A stretch of DNA of 46,700 bases, from the NCBI GenBank assembly GCA_032155045.1, contig JALDXL010000001.1, positions 1 through 46,700 on the forward strand, given 5' to 3'. A program made the position numbers and the translations under genes. Positions within the stretch are counted from its first letter, which is position 1. Every line of letters begins with the position of its first letter. The DNA is from Nitrososphaerales archaeon. Its GTDB lineage: Archaea > Thermoproteota > Nitrososphaeria > Nitrososphaerales > Nitrososphaeraceae. The notes beneath the pieces are model-generated. The model searched no databases. It was not told where the DNA came from and saw nothing but the letters and a program-made list of their open reading frames with translations. Positions 1-9,058 of the stretch are shown here, in pieces.

Positions 1-1
1 A

Positions 2-724
2 TTGCCTGTTTCAAAACGTAAATTAAAGCCGCTTATAGAAGAAAAAAAAGTTGATGGATGGTCCGATCCAAGACTTCCTACTCTAATTGGATTAAAACGT
101 AGGGGAATAAAACCGGAGGCGATAAGACGTTTTGTATTATCATTGGGTATTACTCTATCAGAAACTAAACCCTCTATAGAAATTTTGGAATCTTTTAATC
201 GAAAAATTATAGATTCTCAATCACAACGTTTGTTATTTGTTGAAAACCCTTTCAAGATTACCATTACAAATTCGAAACCCAGAGAAATAATTTTGAAAAA
301 CCATCCTTCTTTAAATATGGGAAGTAGAAAAATTAATGTGAAGAATACAGTATATATTTCTAGTCGTGATATTGAAAAATTATCTATTGGAAATGAAATT
401 AGGTTGATTGATTTATACAATATCAAAATAATTGAAATTGACAAGAATAACAAGGAAGGAATCGCAGAATTCACAAATGATGTAATAAAAGATAATATCC
501 AAAAAATTCAATGGGTATCAAAGGAAGATGCAATCAATTACAAGATTATAAGACCAAATAAAATATTTGTTGACGATAAATTTAATCAAAATAGTCTAGA
601 AATATTAGAAGGTTTCGCAGAATCTTTTGTGTCTACTTTACCAACAGATACAATGGTACAATTTATAAGACTAGGGTTTTGTAGAATAGAGGATAACAAA
701 TCAGCTATCTATACTCACAAGTAG
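2..724 (+). CDS. gltX: Glutamyl-tRNA synthetase, C-terminal part (5' truncated by window edge)
   Basis: SKRKL (KMSKS-equivalent) and GWSDPRLPTL..L.RRG motifs; terminal VQFIRLGFCR of archaeal GluRS. Confidence 0.95.
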   Translation: MPVSKRKLKPLIEEKKVDGWSDPRLPTLIGLKRRGIKPEAIRRFVLSLGITLSETKPSIEILESFNRKIIDSQSQRLLFVENPFKITITNSKPREIILKNHPSLNMGSRKINVKNTVYISSRDIEKLSIGNEIRLIDLYNIKIIEIDKNNKEGIAEFTNDVIKDNIQKIQWVSKEDAINYKIIRPNKIFVDDKFNQNSLEILEGFAESFVSTLPTDTMVQFIRLGFCRIEDNKSAIYTHK

Positions 725-732
725 GTGAAAAA

Positions 733-1617
733 ATGAAAATAGCAAGATTACAAACAAAAGAATATGGCGAAACATATGGTATCGTATCTAACGATTTAAA
801 TAAAATAATTACAAAAAACGAAATACAAGAACAAACTGGAATTCCTCTGCCACTTAATATTAAAGAGTTTTTATTTAACGACTGGATAAATGAGGTATTT
901 AAAAATTATAAAAGATTAAACTTTCATACCAATATTAGTGATGTAGAGTTACTTGCTCCGCTATCAAATCCTGGTAAAATTATTTGTTTAGCTTTTAATT
1001 ATTACGATCATGCTAAAGATGCTGGTTTAAGTCCTTCTTATGAGCCTGTTATCTTTTTAAAACCAAGAACGGCTTTGAATAATCCCTACAATGATATTTT
1101 ATGTCCAGGAAACGTTCAAAGACTAGATTATGAAGCAGAGATAGCAGTAATAATTGGTAAAACAACTAAAAAAGTCACAGAGGAAGAAGCGATTAATTCT
1201 ATATTTGGTTACATGATTTTTCATGATGTATCAGCAAGAGATATACAATTTAGAGACAAACAATTCACACGAGGAAAAAGCATAGATACCTTTGCACCAT
1301 GCGGTCCTTGGATAACAACAAGAGATGAAGTTAGTGACCCCCAAAGTTTAAAAATTTTGACAAAGGTGAATGGAGAGTTAAGACAGAATTCTACTAGCAG
1401 TAAAATGGTTTTGCCAATCACTAAAATAATTTCAAGTTTAAGTCAATTAATAACCATTGAACCAGGAGATATAATTTCAACTGGGACTCCAGCTGGAGTA
1501 GCTATGTCAATGAATAATCCCAAGTATTTAAAGGACGGCGATATGATAGAAATAAGTATAGAAAAGCTCGGCATGATAAGGAACAGAGTTGTTTTTATTG
1601 AAAAAGTAACGTTATAA
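733..1617 (+). CDS. Fumarylacetoacetate (FAA) hydrolase family protein
   Basis: KIICLAFNY, LDYEAE, DVSARD.Q, GKSIDTF.P.GP, GDIISTGTPAGV motifs. Confidence 0.93.
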   Translation: MKIARLQTKEYGETYGIVSNDLNKIITKNEIQEQTGIPLPLNIKEFLFNDWINEVFKNYKRLNFHTNISDVELLAPLSNPGKIICLAFNYYDHAKDAGLSPSYEPVIFLKPRTALNNPYNDILCPGNVQRLDYEAEIAVIIGKTTKKVTEEEAINSIFGYMIFHDVSARDIQFRDKQFTRGKSIDTFAPCGPWITTRDEVSDPQSLKILTKVNGELRQNSTSSKMVLPITKIISSLSQLITIEPGDIISTGTPAGVAMSMNNPKYLKDGDMIEISIEKLGMIRNRVVFIEKVTL

Positions 1618-1627
1618 TTCAATACTT

Positions 1628-1942
1628 TTATGAATGTCTTTTATCTAAAATTCTGTTGATTTTTATCATCTCATCTTCTAAATTTTTAGTATATTGCTCA
1701 AAAGATCTAACCAAATTTGCACGAACATTTGATAGTTGGATTGTAATATTCAATATATCTAAACAAGACTCAAAAGATCTTTCAGTGGCAAATACTTTCA
1801 TTTTTTCGTTAAATATTTCAATTATTCTTTTTTGTTCCAATTTTTGTTCATGAATGAAATTAACTAAATCTTCATTTCCAGGATTGTTAAAATTTTTAAT
1901 ATCTGACCAATTAATCATGATTTTATTTATAATAAACAACAC
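1628..1942 (-). CDS. Hypothetical helical protein (true start may be ATG at 1918)
   Basis: Open ORF filling the gap between convergent/divergent neighbours; coiled-coil-like composition. Confidence 0.65.
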   Translation of the reverse strand: MLFIINKIMINWSDIKNFNNPGNEDLVNFIHEQKLEQKRIIEIFNEKMKVFATERSFESCLDILNITIQLSNVRANLVRSFEQYTKNLEDEMIKINRILDKRHS

Positions 1943-1987
1943 AAAGATAAAACTTTTTCATAAATTATTTTAGTTAATTGATAATAA

Positions 1988-1997
1988 CATATATAAG
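1988..1997 (+). promoter_or_regulatory. Probable TATA box of the ferredoxin-NADP reductase gene
   Basis: CATATATAAG about 30 nt upstream of ATG 2026, consistent with a near-leaderless archaeal transcript. Confidence 0.45.
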
Positions 1998-2025
1998 GAC
2001 TAAGCAGAAATATTCGGTATTACCT

Positions 2026-2868
2026 ATGGTTGTGGAGAATAAAGGTATAATTTCTCATATTAGAGTTTTAAAGGAGGATCTTGAAATATTACGTATAAAA
2101 CCCGAAGAGGGTGAAATACCAGATTTCAAAGCTGGCCAATTTGTCACGTTAGCAGTTATTAATCCGGCGGACGGAAAAAATGTCAGGAGAGCTTATTCCA
2201 TCGCATCGAATCCAGAACAGAAAAAGTATTTTGAATTATTGATTAGATGGGTAAAGAAACCTTTACCAGGAAGATTGACTACTCAGTTATTTAACCGTAA
2301 AGAAGGTGAAGAAATTAACTGGTTAAAACCTACTGGTATATTTACCATAAACGAAAAATTGCATGACGGAAGTCCAGATGAAAGAAGACTTGTTTTGATT
2401 GGTGGTGGTACAGGTCTTGCACCATTTATTGCATACAGTTTACACCTTAAGGCTATTGGTAGTAAAAGGGAAATAATTGTTTTGCATGGTGCCAGTTATG
2501 TTGATGAATTAAGCTATAGAGAGTTATTAACTGATTTAGAAGTAGAAAGTCTAGATAAGGGTAGAGATACTTGGAATTTCAGGTATCGAGCTAGTGTTAG
2601 TAGACCACAAGATCCATTCAATCGTTCTTGGGGGGGACAAAAAGGTCGGGTTGAATCATTTTTGAGGCCTAAATTAGAAGGCCATAACTCACCTCTAGAG
2701 GAATTAGTTGGAGAAAAAATCACTCGCGAGAATACTTCATTTTATGTTTGTGGATGGCAGGGTACTGTAGATGGTGTCTTGGATTTCTTAAACCCTAAAG
2801 GTTTTGTTGATGAAAGACATAAACGCTCTGATGGTAGCTATGAAGTAAAATTCGAATCATACGGTTAA
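2026..2868 (+). CDS. Ferredoxin--NADP(+) reductase (ATG 2026 preferred over TTG 1978)
   Basis: RRAYSIAS FAD motif, GGGTGLAPF, YVCG, C-terminal ESYG. Confidence 0.9.
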   Translation: MVVENKGIISHIRVLKEDLEILRIKPEEGEIPDFKAGQFVTLAVINPADGKNVRRAYSIASNPEQKKYFELLIRWVKKPLPGRLTTQLFNRKEGEEINWLKPTGIFTINEKLHDGSPDERRLVLIGGGTGLAPFIAYSLHLKAIGSKREIIVLHGASYVDELSYRELLTDLEVESLDKGRDTWNFRYRASVSRPQDPFNRSWGGQKGRVESFLRPKLEGHNSPLEELVGEKITRENTSFYVCGWQGTVDGVLDFLNPKGFVDERHKRSDGSYEVKFESYG

Positions 2869-2891
2869 TTTTTTTTTTATCTCTATCAAAA

Positions 2892-3227
2892 ATGAAATTT
2901 GAATTTGAAGAGTTTTCTTCGATAGAAGATTTATTTCTTTATATGGCTGCAATTGCACCCTATATGAAGCAGGTATTGCCTATTACGCAATACAAAGGTT
3001 ATCTTTTATCAATCATCCCTCTTTCACAAATTAGTGTAGATGTTCTCATGATGGTGTATGTTAAGACAGAGATGTCCACAGGTTTAATTGAATTTGATAT
3101 ATCAACCAAAAAGTATAAAAACGTTCAATCTATTGAAAGGGCAGATAAAAATTACTTTATAATTATGACGCCAAAAAGCGCAACATTGGTAGATAAAGCA
3201 ATTACAACTTTAAATAACGAAAAATAG
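2892..3227 (+). CDS. Hypothetical protein
   Basis: Clean ATG-started ORF directly after the reductase. Confidence 0.75.
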   Translation: MKFEFEEFSSIEDLFLYMAAIAPYMKQVLPITQYKGYLLSIIPLSQISVDVLMMVYVKTEMSTGLIEFDISTKKYKNVQSIERADKNYFIIMTPKSATLVDKAITTLNNEK

Positions 3228-3276
3228 AAAAAATTATAATAATTAATTATAAACAGGAAGTAGGTTTCTCCTATTT

Positions 3277-4854
3277 TTATAATCTAGGTGGAAGTGGAGT
3301 AGTAACTGACCTGCTTCTAGAATAGTGCTCTATTATATCCTCTGGTAATTTACCATCGAACAGATCTTTGGAAAGTCCTCTAAGATATCTCATAATGGCC
3401 CATGTTCCTACCTTAATCAAACTTGCCATAAATAATTTCATTGGCGGACCATAGCTTTTATTTCTAATAATTATTGGGATAATGTCATTAATTATACGCA
3501 GGTTATGTTCCCAACATTTCCAAAACAAGGTAAATTGAGCTTCGTTAAGGTTGCCAAAATGCATTGAATTCTTTTCCGAAAAATCTTGATAAAGCAAAGG
3601 AGCGACCAATCCCCTCATGTTCATCATTTTAAAATCATTTATCAAATCAATGGTGTATTGAGTTTCATCTGGAGTTTCATCAGGCCATCCTATTATAAGA
3701 GTAAGGGCAGGGAACCAATGATTGTTATTCAAAATTTTACAACCTTCGCGAACAACAGAACCCCATTCTTCTGGTTGAAATGGTCTGGTTTTGACACCTA
3801 AATGTTTTTTTACCATTCTTGGTGCTACAGTCTCTATACCTAGATTCGTTGCCAACCATCTCCCACTATTTTCCATATCATTTATTTGAGAAAGTTTTTT
3901 AATTAAATCAGGAGATGAAGCAACAGCTGATAGCGTCATATGGGTGGTTCCCACAAAATTTGCACCTACAGATTTTAATCCACTCCATAAATCTATAATT
4001 GCATCGGAATTTGGAATGAAATCTTTGTTGTCACATCCATACAATAACATTTCATCTGATTGAAGCCATATCGAATCAAATCCATAGTTAAGATTGATTT
4101 TTGCCTCTTCCTGAAGTCTAATAAGAGAGATATCTTTTTTTGATCTTTTGTTTACATCACAAAAATCACATCCACGACCACAACCTCTCATAGCTTCAAT
4201 TAATGAATTAATTGTAGGTCCTTGTATTTTGGGAATATTGTCAATACTTCTTACAAATGTATGTAAAAGTTCAGGAGCATCTCCTTGTTCTAGATCCTGA
4301 AATAGATCTAAGGCTAATTCATCTGCTTCTCCAATAACAACTGTATCAATTCCATGAATTTTCATTCTATCTGGTTTTGCCAGCTCCCAGGCGCCATTAC
4401 CTCCTACGACTACTTTAAAATCATATTTTTTCTTTAATTGAATTATTAAAGCACACATTTTCTTAAATTTCATTGCTACATAGGATAGTTTCTCGGGAGA
4501 CATTGTTGTCGTGACTGGTGCCATACCTAATGGATCCATAACATTAATTCCGACTACCTTTGTGTCAGGTCCTATACATTTATGTAACATCTCAGGATGT
4601 GCTAAAAAAATTTCATCTCTAGTGTACTGTTGAAGCAAGGCACCTTCTATTCTTCTTAATCCACATTGAGCTACTTTGACTTCTCCAGTTTCTTTATCAG
4701 TTTCTACACTGGGACAAAAAAGCTTATCGAAAACAAATTCAGGAACAAGTTCATATGGTCCACAAGCAATAAACCCATAAAGAAAATTTCCTCGATAATT
4801 GGTCATTAAACTCCGGTCCGCAGTCAAAACTATTCTCTTACCAGAAGTGATCAT
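3277..4854 (-). CDS. B12-binding-domain radical SAM protein
   Basis: CxxxCxxC (RGCGRGCDFC); N-terminal VVVGG..A and VVIGEAD cobalamin-binding-type motifs; IIGWPDET. Confidence 0.9.
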   Translation of the reverse strand: MITSGKRIVLTADRSLMTNYRGNFLYGFIACGPYELVPEFVFDKLFCPSVETDKETGEVKVAQCGLRRIEGALLQQYTRDEIFLAHPEMLHKCIGPDTKVVGINVMDPLGMAPVTTTMSPEKLSYVAMKFKKMCALIIQLKKKYDFKVVVGGNGAWELAKPDRMKIHGIDTVVIGEADELALDLFQDLEQGDAPELLHTFVRSIDNIPKIQGPTINSLIEAMRGCGRGCDFCDVNKRSKKDISLIRLQEEAKINLNYGFDSIWLQSDEMLLYGCDNKDFIPNSDAIIDLWSGLKSVGANFVGTTHMTLSAVASSPDLIKKLSQINDMENSGRWLATNLGIETVAPRMVKKHLGVKTRPFQPEEWGSVVREGCKILNNNHWFPALTLIIGWPDETPDETQYTIDLINDFKMMNMRGLVAPLLYQDFSEKNSMHFGNLNEAQFTLFWKCWEHNLRIINDIIPIIIRNKSYGPPMKLFMASLIKVGTWAIMRYLRGLSKDLFDGKLPEDIIEHYSRSRSVTTPLPPRL

Positions 4855-4949
4855 CGTGATAATCCTCTATCCTCATCCACATAGAATCACATATAAATTG
4901 ATTATCATAAATTTACTACTATATAGTGTCGTATTCTTTACGTGAATTA

Positions 4950-5375
4950 TTAATACAATCCTTTTTCATGACCTTCGATCATTATTGATTTTAATTGTTT
5001 TCTATTAAGATAGAGTAGTGCTTCTGAAAATGTAGCCCATATAAAATCATCATGTTCATTAGACAGAGTTATATCTCTAATATTTGTAGTAGCATAATAG
5101 AAACTAACTTCTTTTCTAGATTTAATTCCTTCACCTTTGAAGAAAGAGTATTTTATTCTTCCTATGAAAGACAAAATATTTAAGGAATTTATTCCAGTTT
5201 CTTCAAATACTTCCCTAAAAAGTGTTTGTATTTCAGTTTCCCCTTCTTCCTTATGACCTTGTGGGAACCCCCAGTATCCTCTGCGATTTCTTAACAATAA
5301 AAATTCAGGGTCTTTTATTTTGAGGGGAGACGTTTGATATTTTATGACTGCACCGACTGATTTTTCTATATTCAC
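4950..5375 (-). CDS. NUDIX hydrolase, Ap4A hydrolase-like
   Basis: Nudix box GHKEEGETEIQTLFREVFEETG; LSNEHDDFIW. Confidence 0.9.
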   Translation of the reverse strand: MNIEKSVGAVIKYQTSPLKIKDPEFLLLRNRRGYWGFPQGHKEEGETEIQTLFREVFEETGINSLNILSFIGRIKYSFFKGEGIKSRKEVSFYYATTNIRDITLSNEHDDFIWATFSEALLYLNRKQLKSIMIEGHEKGLY

Positions 5376-5460
5376 ACTACATTAATTTTTTAGAAAATAG
5401 AATTATAATATTGTTTCTTAAAAATATTAATAACGAGTTAATTGTTATTTTTAGTGACGG

Positions 5461-5534
5461 GGGCCGGTCGTCTAGTCCGGTAGGATACGGCATTGGCATT
5501 GCTGAGATCGTGGGCTCGAATCCCACCCGGTCCA
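5461..5534 (+). tRNA. tRNA-Ala(GGC), no intron, CCA not encoded
   Basis: Acceptor GGGCCGG/CCGGTCC with G3:U70 identity pair; anticodon arm CGGCA-TTGGCAT-TGCTG; T arm GTGGG-CTCGAAT-CCCAC; discriminator A. Confidence 0.97.
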
Positions 5535-5585
5535 TTATTAATTCTATAATAAAAATTATAAAGAAATCAAATAAGTATAATTAGG

Positions 5586-6284
5586 TTGTATTTTATAAAT
5601 TGGGAAAGAAAAATCACTAAAACTAAATTCGGTAAAAATCTAGTAGTTGTAAAACGAAATAAATCATTTACAGGATTTAGGCAATTCATATTGATTTTTT
5701 GTTTTACCTTAATTTCGATTTGTTCTTGTAATCCTGCTCATCCCCCTGAAATAGGCAAGAAAATATTAGATAATGAGGGTTTGCATTCAAGAAATAAATT
5801 GAGACTAATAGGAATCAATTCCCCAAAACTTTTTTCTATTACTGAGAATGAAATTGTAGAAGAGTATATTGAAGGTGGTAATCTTTATTCTTGTTTTAGT
5901 TCAGAAAAACCAAATGAGCTAGCACTTGAGGTTGGAAAAATCACTGGAAAGCTGCACCAAAATGGAATGGTCTTTATTGATAACAAATGTCAAAATTTTT
6001 TGGTGACTAAAGAAAGAGAATTGATAAGGATTGATCTTGGGTTTATTCAAAAAAGTGATTCAATCTTTTCTCAAAGTATGGATATAGGTAGTTTTTTGGC
6101 TAGTATTATTGATTTGGATCCAACTCTCTATAGGATAGTAGAAAAAGAATTTTTAATAGGTTACATAGGAACGACCAACAAAAAAATTCCTTACTTGTCA
6201 ATCATATTAAGGAATATACTGGCATTAGGGTTGGTTTATAGTCATGGAAACATGATAAAAAATATGTTGAATAAGCAGGGTTAA
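5586..6284 (+). CDS. Protein-kinase-like fold protein (Bud32/Kdo/RIO-like)
   Basis: EEYIEG hinge, LHQNG.VFIDNKCQNFLV catalytic loop, IDLG metal-binding motif. Confidence 0.75.
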   Translation: MYFINWERKITKTKFGKNLVVVKRNKSFTGFRQFILIFCFTLISICSCNPAHPPEIGKKILDNEGLHSRNKLRLIGINSPKLFSITENEIVEEYIEGGNLYSCFSSEKPNELALEVGKITGKLHQNGMVFIDNKCQNFLVTKERELIRIDLGFIQKSDSIFSQSMDIGSFLASIIDLDPTLYRIVEKEFLIGYIGTTNKKIPYLSIILRNILALGLVYSHGNMIKNMLNKQG

Positions 6285-6673
6285 ATTGGTGGAAGCTCTT
6301 GTCGTTTATCAAATCCTCCAGAACCAAATTTGCAGTAAAAACACTGATCAGACTGCATGTATGGTATTTTTTGGATGATTATTGCTCCAAGCTTTAGTGC
6401 AAATTTCGTCATAAGTCTATGTTTTAATGGCATGGACGGAATTACCTCCTGAAAATAAACATTATAATGATCAGGACAAAATTTCAATGTGATTTGTGCG
6501 CGTTGTTTATTATTAGTTTTGGCTTCGCTTAAATTCTTTGCAACATTAATTTGCTCACGAATATATTCATGTTTGGGACAAGGGCAATCTCTTCCCATAG
6601 GATGCTTGTATGCAGGAGTATTTTTCCAATCAAATTCAGGAAACTCTTTCTCAAAATCGTCCATTCCTTTCAA
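6281..6673 (-). CDS. Hypothetical Cys/His-rich protein (start possibly ATG 6664)
   Basis: CPCPKH, CPDH and CFYC motifs. Confidence 0.75.
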   Translation of the reverse strand: MKGMDDFEKEFPEFDWKNTPAYKHPMGRDCPCPKHEYIREQINVAKNLSEAKTNNKQRAQITLKFCPDHYNVYFQEVIPSMPLKHRLMTKFALKLGAIIIQKIPYMQSDQCFYCKFGSGGFDKRQELPPI

Positions 6674-6798
6674 TTCTAGTATATAGTCAATAGCATATAA
6701 ATTATAGGCTGATTAAACTTCGTAATAATATTAATAATAATATTAACAAGTGATAAAAATATATATAATTTTAAATTTTAATAAAAGTCTAAAGCGGC

Positions 6799-7794
6799 GT
6801 GAATAAAACCGAAGAGATTAATGCTATGAGCAACGAAGGTATCAATTCAAGAAGGATGGATCACGAACAGAATATTGTATCTTTAGAGTCAAATCTGAAG
6901 ACCTTACTTGACTTTAAGAATTCCTTACTTGATGATCAAAAAAATGGAGAAAAGATAATACAAGACCTAAATGAAAAGATAGATGTTACCAAAAAACAAA
7001 TAGACGGCGAAAGAGAAAAACTCGAAGAGCTACGAATAAAACTGAAAGAAGTGAATGATGTTAAAGAAGAAGAATTTCCTAAATTTATGGAATTAAAAGA
7101 TATGGTATTGAAAGCTAGAAGTCAGCTTAAGGTAATTGATGAAAAAACGGGAACGAGATCAAATAAAGATAGAATTAATATTAAACAATTGACTAAAACT
7201 CTTGAACAATTAGAGAGAGATATTCAGACTAAAAAATTATCGAAAGAAGAGGAACGAAAATTAGTTACTCGCTCAAAGGAAATAGCTACCAAATTATATG
7301 CAATGAAGGTTATCCATAAAAAAGAAGATCATTTTAGAACAATTTCATCACAATATGGCAATTTAAAATCGAAAATTAATGAAATTTTTGATAAGAGATC
7401 AGAATTTGGAAATAAAATAGGAGAACTAAAGCAAGTATTAGACAAGTTACTAGACAATAGGGAACAGCTATACGAAGAAAGGAGGAAGATAATTAGAGAC
7501 GTTAGGGAAACTTCCGCGAAATTGGAAATGGTAAATACGCAAATTAATGCAATCGAATTTAGAAAATCTAAGATAAGCTCTGTTGGTGGCAAAAGAAGAA
7601 CTAGAGATAGCCACGATAAAAATTATTCTGGTTTTCAATCAACTAAAGATCGAGCTAGGAAAAGTAAAGAGAATATACAGATTTGGAATTCGATGAAAGA
7701 ACAAGCTTTAAAGAAAATGTCAAGTGGAGAAAAGTTAACATTTGACGAGATGAGATTAATTTATAGTGATATCAACAATTCCGAAAGTTTTTAA
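6799..7794 (+). CDS. Archaeal long coiled-coil protein (COG1340-like)
   Basis: Heptad-rich; LERDIQTKKLSKEEERKLV and C-terminal A..K..SGEKLTFDEM. Confidence 0.85.
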   Translation: MNKTEEINAMSNEGINSRRMDHEQNIVSLESNLKTLLDFKNSLLDDQKNGEKIIQDLNEKIDVTKKQIDGEREKLEELRIKLKEVNDVKEEEFPKFMELKDMVLKARSQLKVIDEKTGTRSNKDRINIKQLTKTLEQLERDIQTKKLSKEEERKLVTRSKEIATKLYAMKVIHKKEDHFRTISSQYGNLKSKINEIFDKRSEFGNKIGELKQVLDKLLDNREQLYEERRKIIRDVRETSAKLEMVNTQINAIEFRKSKISSVGGKRRTRDSHDKNYSGFQSTKDRARKSKENIQIWNSMKEQALKKMSSGEKLTFDEMRLIYSDINNSESF

Positions 7795-7879
7795 CAACCC
7801 ATTATTTCTTTAAATTAGATTTAAATTGTTTTTTTATTAATTTTTAGATAAGGTATATTCTTTATAATAGTGTTGACTA

Positions 7880-9058
7880 ATGATTAAAAAGGCATATTTT
7901 ACTCCTTATGGAGTAGGATTGGGCCATGCAAGTAGATTGCTAACTATAGCTGAAAGAGTAAAAACCAACAACGATATTTATGTAAAATTTTCATCTTTCG
8001 GTGAAGCAGTTGATTTTATATCAAGATATGGTTATGATTGCAATAGAGTTCCAGCTGTTGAATTTTCTTGGAACTCACAAGGCAGTTTTTCTATGAAAAA
8101 CTCTCTATCTAATATACCAAGTTGGTTTAAAAATTTTACATCCCAAGTAGTTAAAGAGGTAGGTTTGATGATTAAATATTCACCAAATATTGTAGTTTCA
8201 GATTCAAGACTGTCTTCAATTGTTTCGGCAAAGTTATTAGGAATTCCATCAATTGTTTTACTCAATCAAATTAAACTCCTTCTATCACCAAGACTACATT
8301 CTTTTAAAGCAGGCAGATTCTTTGAAATTCTTAATGGAGAGTTTATTGGAACTTTATGGTCACTTTCAAATGAAATTCTTGTTCCTGATCTGCCTCCTCC
8401 TTATACTATCTCAGAATCAAATATTTGGAATACTAGTTCAGTTATGAAAAAAATAAAATATGTTGGATTTATAAGTCCTAAGAGGAACATTTCAGATCAA
8501 AGAATTAACTATGTTATGAGCTTATTGAATTTTACAAAGGAAAGACCAATTGTGTTTTTTCATATAAGTGGTCCATCAAAGACAAGGCTACCTATTATTA
8601 GAAAAATACTTGAGGGTCAAAAATATTATAGAAATAAAATTCAATATGTGATATCAGAAGGTAAACCTAATGGGGATATCACCCCACAAAAATTATCAGA
8701 AAATGGTTGGTATTACGAATGGTGCCCCATACGCGACGAGCTTTTTGCGTTAAGCAATATATTGGTTTTACGAGGAGGTCATACCACAATGTCACAGGCG
8801 ATTCAATTTGGAAAACCAATTATCTCTATTCCAATAGAAAATCATGCTGAACAGATTAGTAATTCTATAAAATTAAAAAAAATTGGAATTGGAATAATAT
8901 TGAAAGATGAAGATTGTTTGGCTGAAAAACTGGAATATGCAATAAATGAAATACTAAACAACAATAAATTCATGACTCGTTCCCTTGAAATAATGAATTT
9001 TTGTGAAAAATTAAATGGAGTTCAAAATGTTGTCAATATAGTTAGGTCTTATATTTAG
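7880..9058 (+). CDS. GT-B glycosyltransferase, family 28-like (MJ1255-like)
   Basis: GVGLGHASR, VVSDS, RGGHTT.S.A..GKP.I.IP...H.EQ..N. Confidence 0.9.
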   Translation: MIKKAYFTPYGVGLGHASRLLTIAERVKTNNDIYVKFSSFGEAVDFISRYGYDCNRVPAVEFSWNSQGSFSMKNSLSNIPSWFKNFTSQVVKEVGLMIKYSPNIVVSDSRLSSIVSAKLLGIPSIVLLNQIKLLLSPRLHSFKAGRFFEILNGEFIGTLWSLSNEILVPDLPPPYTISESNIWNTSSVMKKIKYVGFISPKRNISDQRINYVMSLLNFTKERPIVFFHISGPSKTRLPIIRKILEGQKYYRNKIQYVISEGKPNGDITPQKLSENGWYYEWCPIRDELFALSNILVLRGGHTTMSQAIQFGKPIISIPIENHAEQISNSIKLKKIGIGIILKDEDCLAEKLEYAINEILNNNKFMTRSLEIMNFCEKLNGVQNVVNIVRSYI

